A stretch of 63,958 nucleotides of DNA, filler included, from Dugesia japonica (lineage: Eukaryota): the NCBI GenBank assembly GCA_001938525.1. It is 5 parts of 5 records of this genome, joined end to end, with 100 filler letters (N's around TTAATTAATTAA, not from the genome) between each part and the next. Parts side by side here need not be neighbours in the genome. Positions count along the whole stretch, not along the records: positions 55,427 to 63,958 come from MQRL01498778.1; 4 more parts are not named here. The stretch is one strand, 5' to 3'. The notes below the pieces were generated by a model. The model was not told where the DNA came from, made no database searches, and worked only from the letters and a program-made list of their open reading frames with translations. The position numbers and the translations under genes were made by a program. Shown here piece after piece: positions 63,753 through 63,958 of the stretch. The stretch's first letter is position 1; each line of letters opens with the position of its first letter.

Positions 63753-63958
63753 TTAGAAATTTATATAAAAAATAAATTTACTTTTTGTTGAATTTATCTT
63801 CAGTCCTGATATTATAATTCTGTTTAAAATATTTCCAAGATTTTTTTTATGGTTTTTGACTGTCTTTCTATACACTAAGATAGCAGCTAGATATACGATG
63901 ACTGCTTTAAAAATTAACCCAACCAACATATCATCCATCAAATTACAATATTCGAATG
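63753..63958 (-). mobile_element. Gypsy RT fragment (runs off the window end)
   Basis: MDDMLVGL..VIVYLAAILVY...H...L..IL.RI..SGLKIN..K (YLDD decayed to YLAA). Confidence 0.8.

Overview
Very AT-rich eukaryotic genomic DNA from a draft assembly, with N gaps and four artificial 44N-TTAATTAATTAA-44N linkers. Composition, a 42-nt intron, (TTA)n microsatellites and the transposon spectrum suggest an invertebrate, most likely a planarian flatworm (inference, not verified). Most of the window is decayed mobile elements: Ty3/Gypsy gag-pol fragments, several hAT lineages (one with intact TIRs and an exact 8-bp TSD), mariner, IS630/Tc1-like, pogo/Tigger, a Penelope-like (GIY-YIG) element, Helitron-like ends and MITEs. 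Two related AGTAG-starting termini look like Polinton/Maverick ends. One host protein-coding gene is reconstructable on the minus strand (about 45.6 kb to 28.6 kb; at least 7 GT-AG exons, phase-compatible except for one unresolved join; product not recognised). The most notable signals are: (i) a variant minimal hammerhead-ribozyme-like motif in the Penelope 3' repeat, plus a fold-back copy of that repeat which breaks at the predicted cleavage site; (ii) the Polinton-like termini, one carrying tandem perfect E2F sites and the other next to orphan Cys-rich/acidic ORFs; (iii) the uncharacterised host gene. No prokaryotic system, CRISPR array, tRNA or rRNA is supported.
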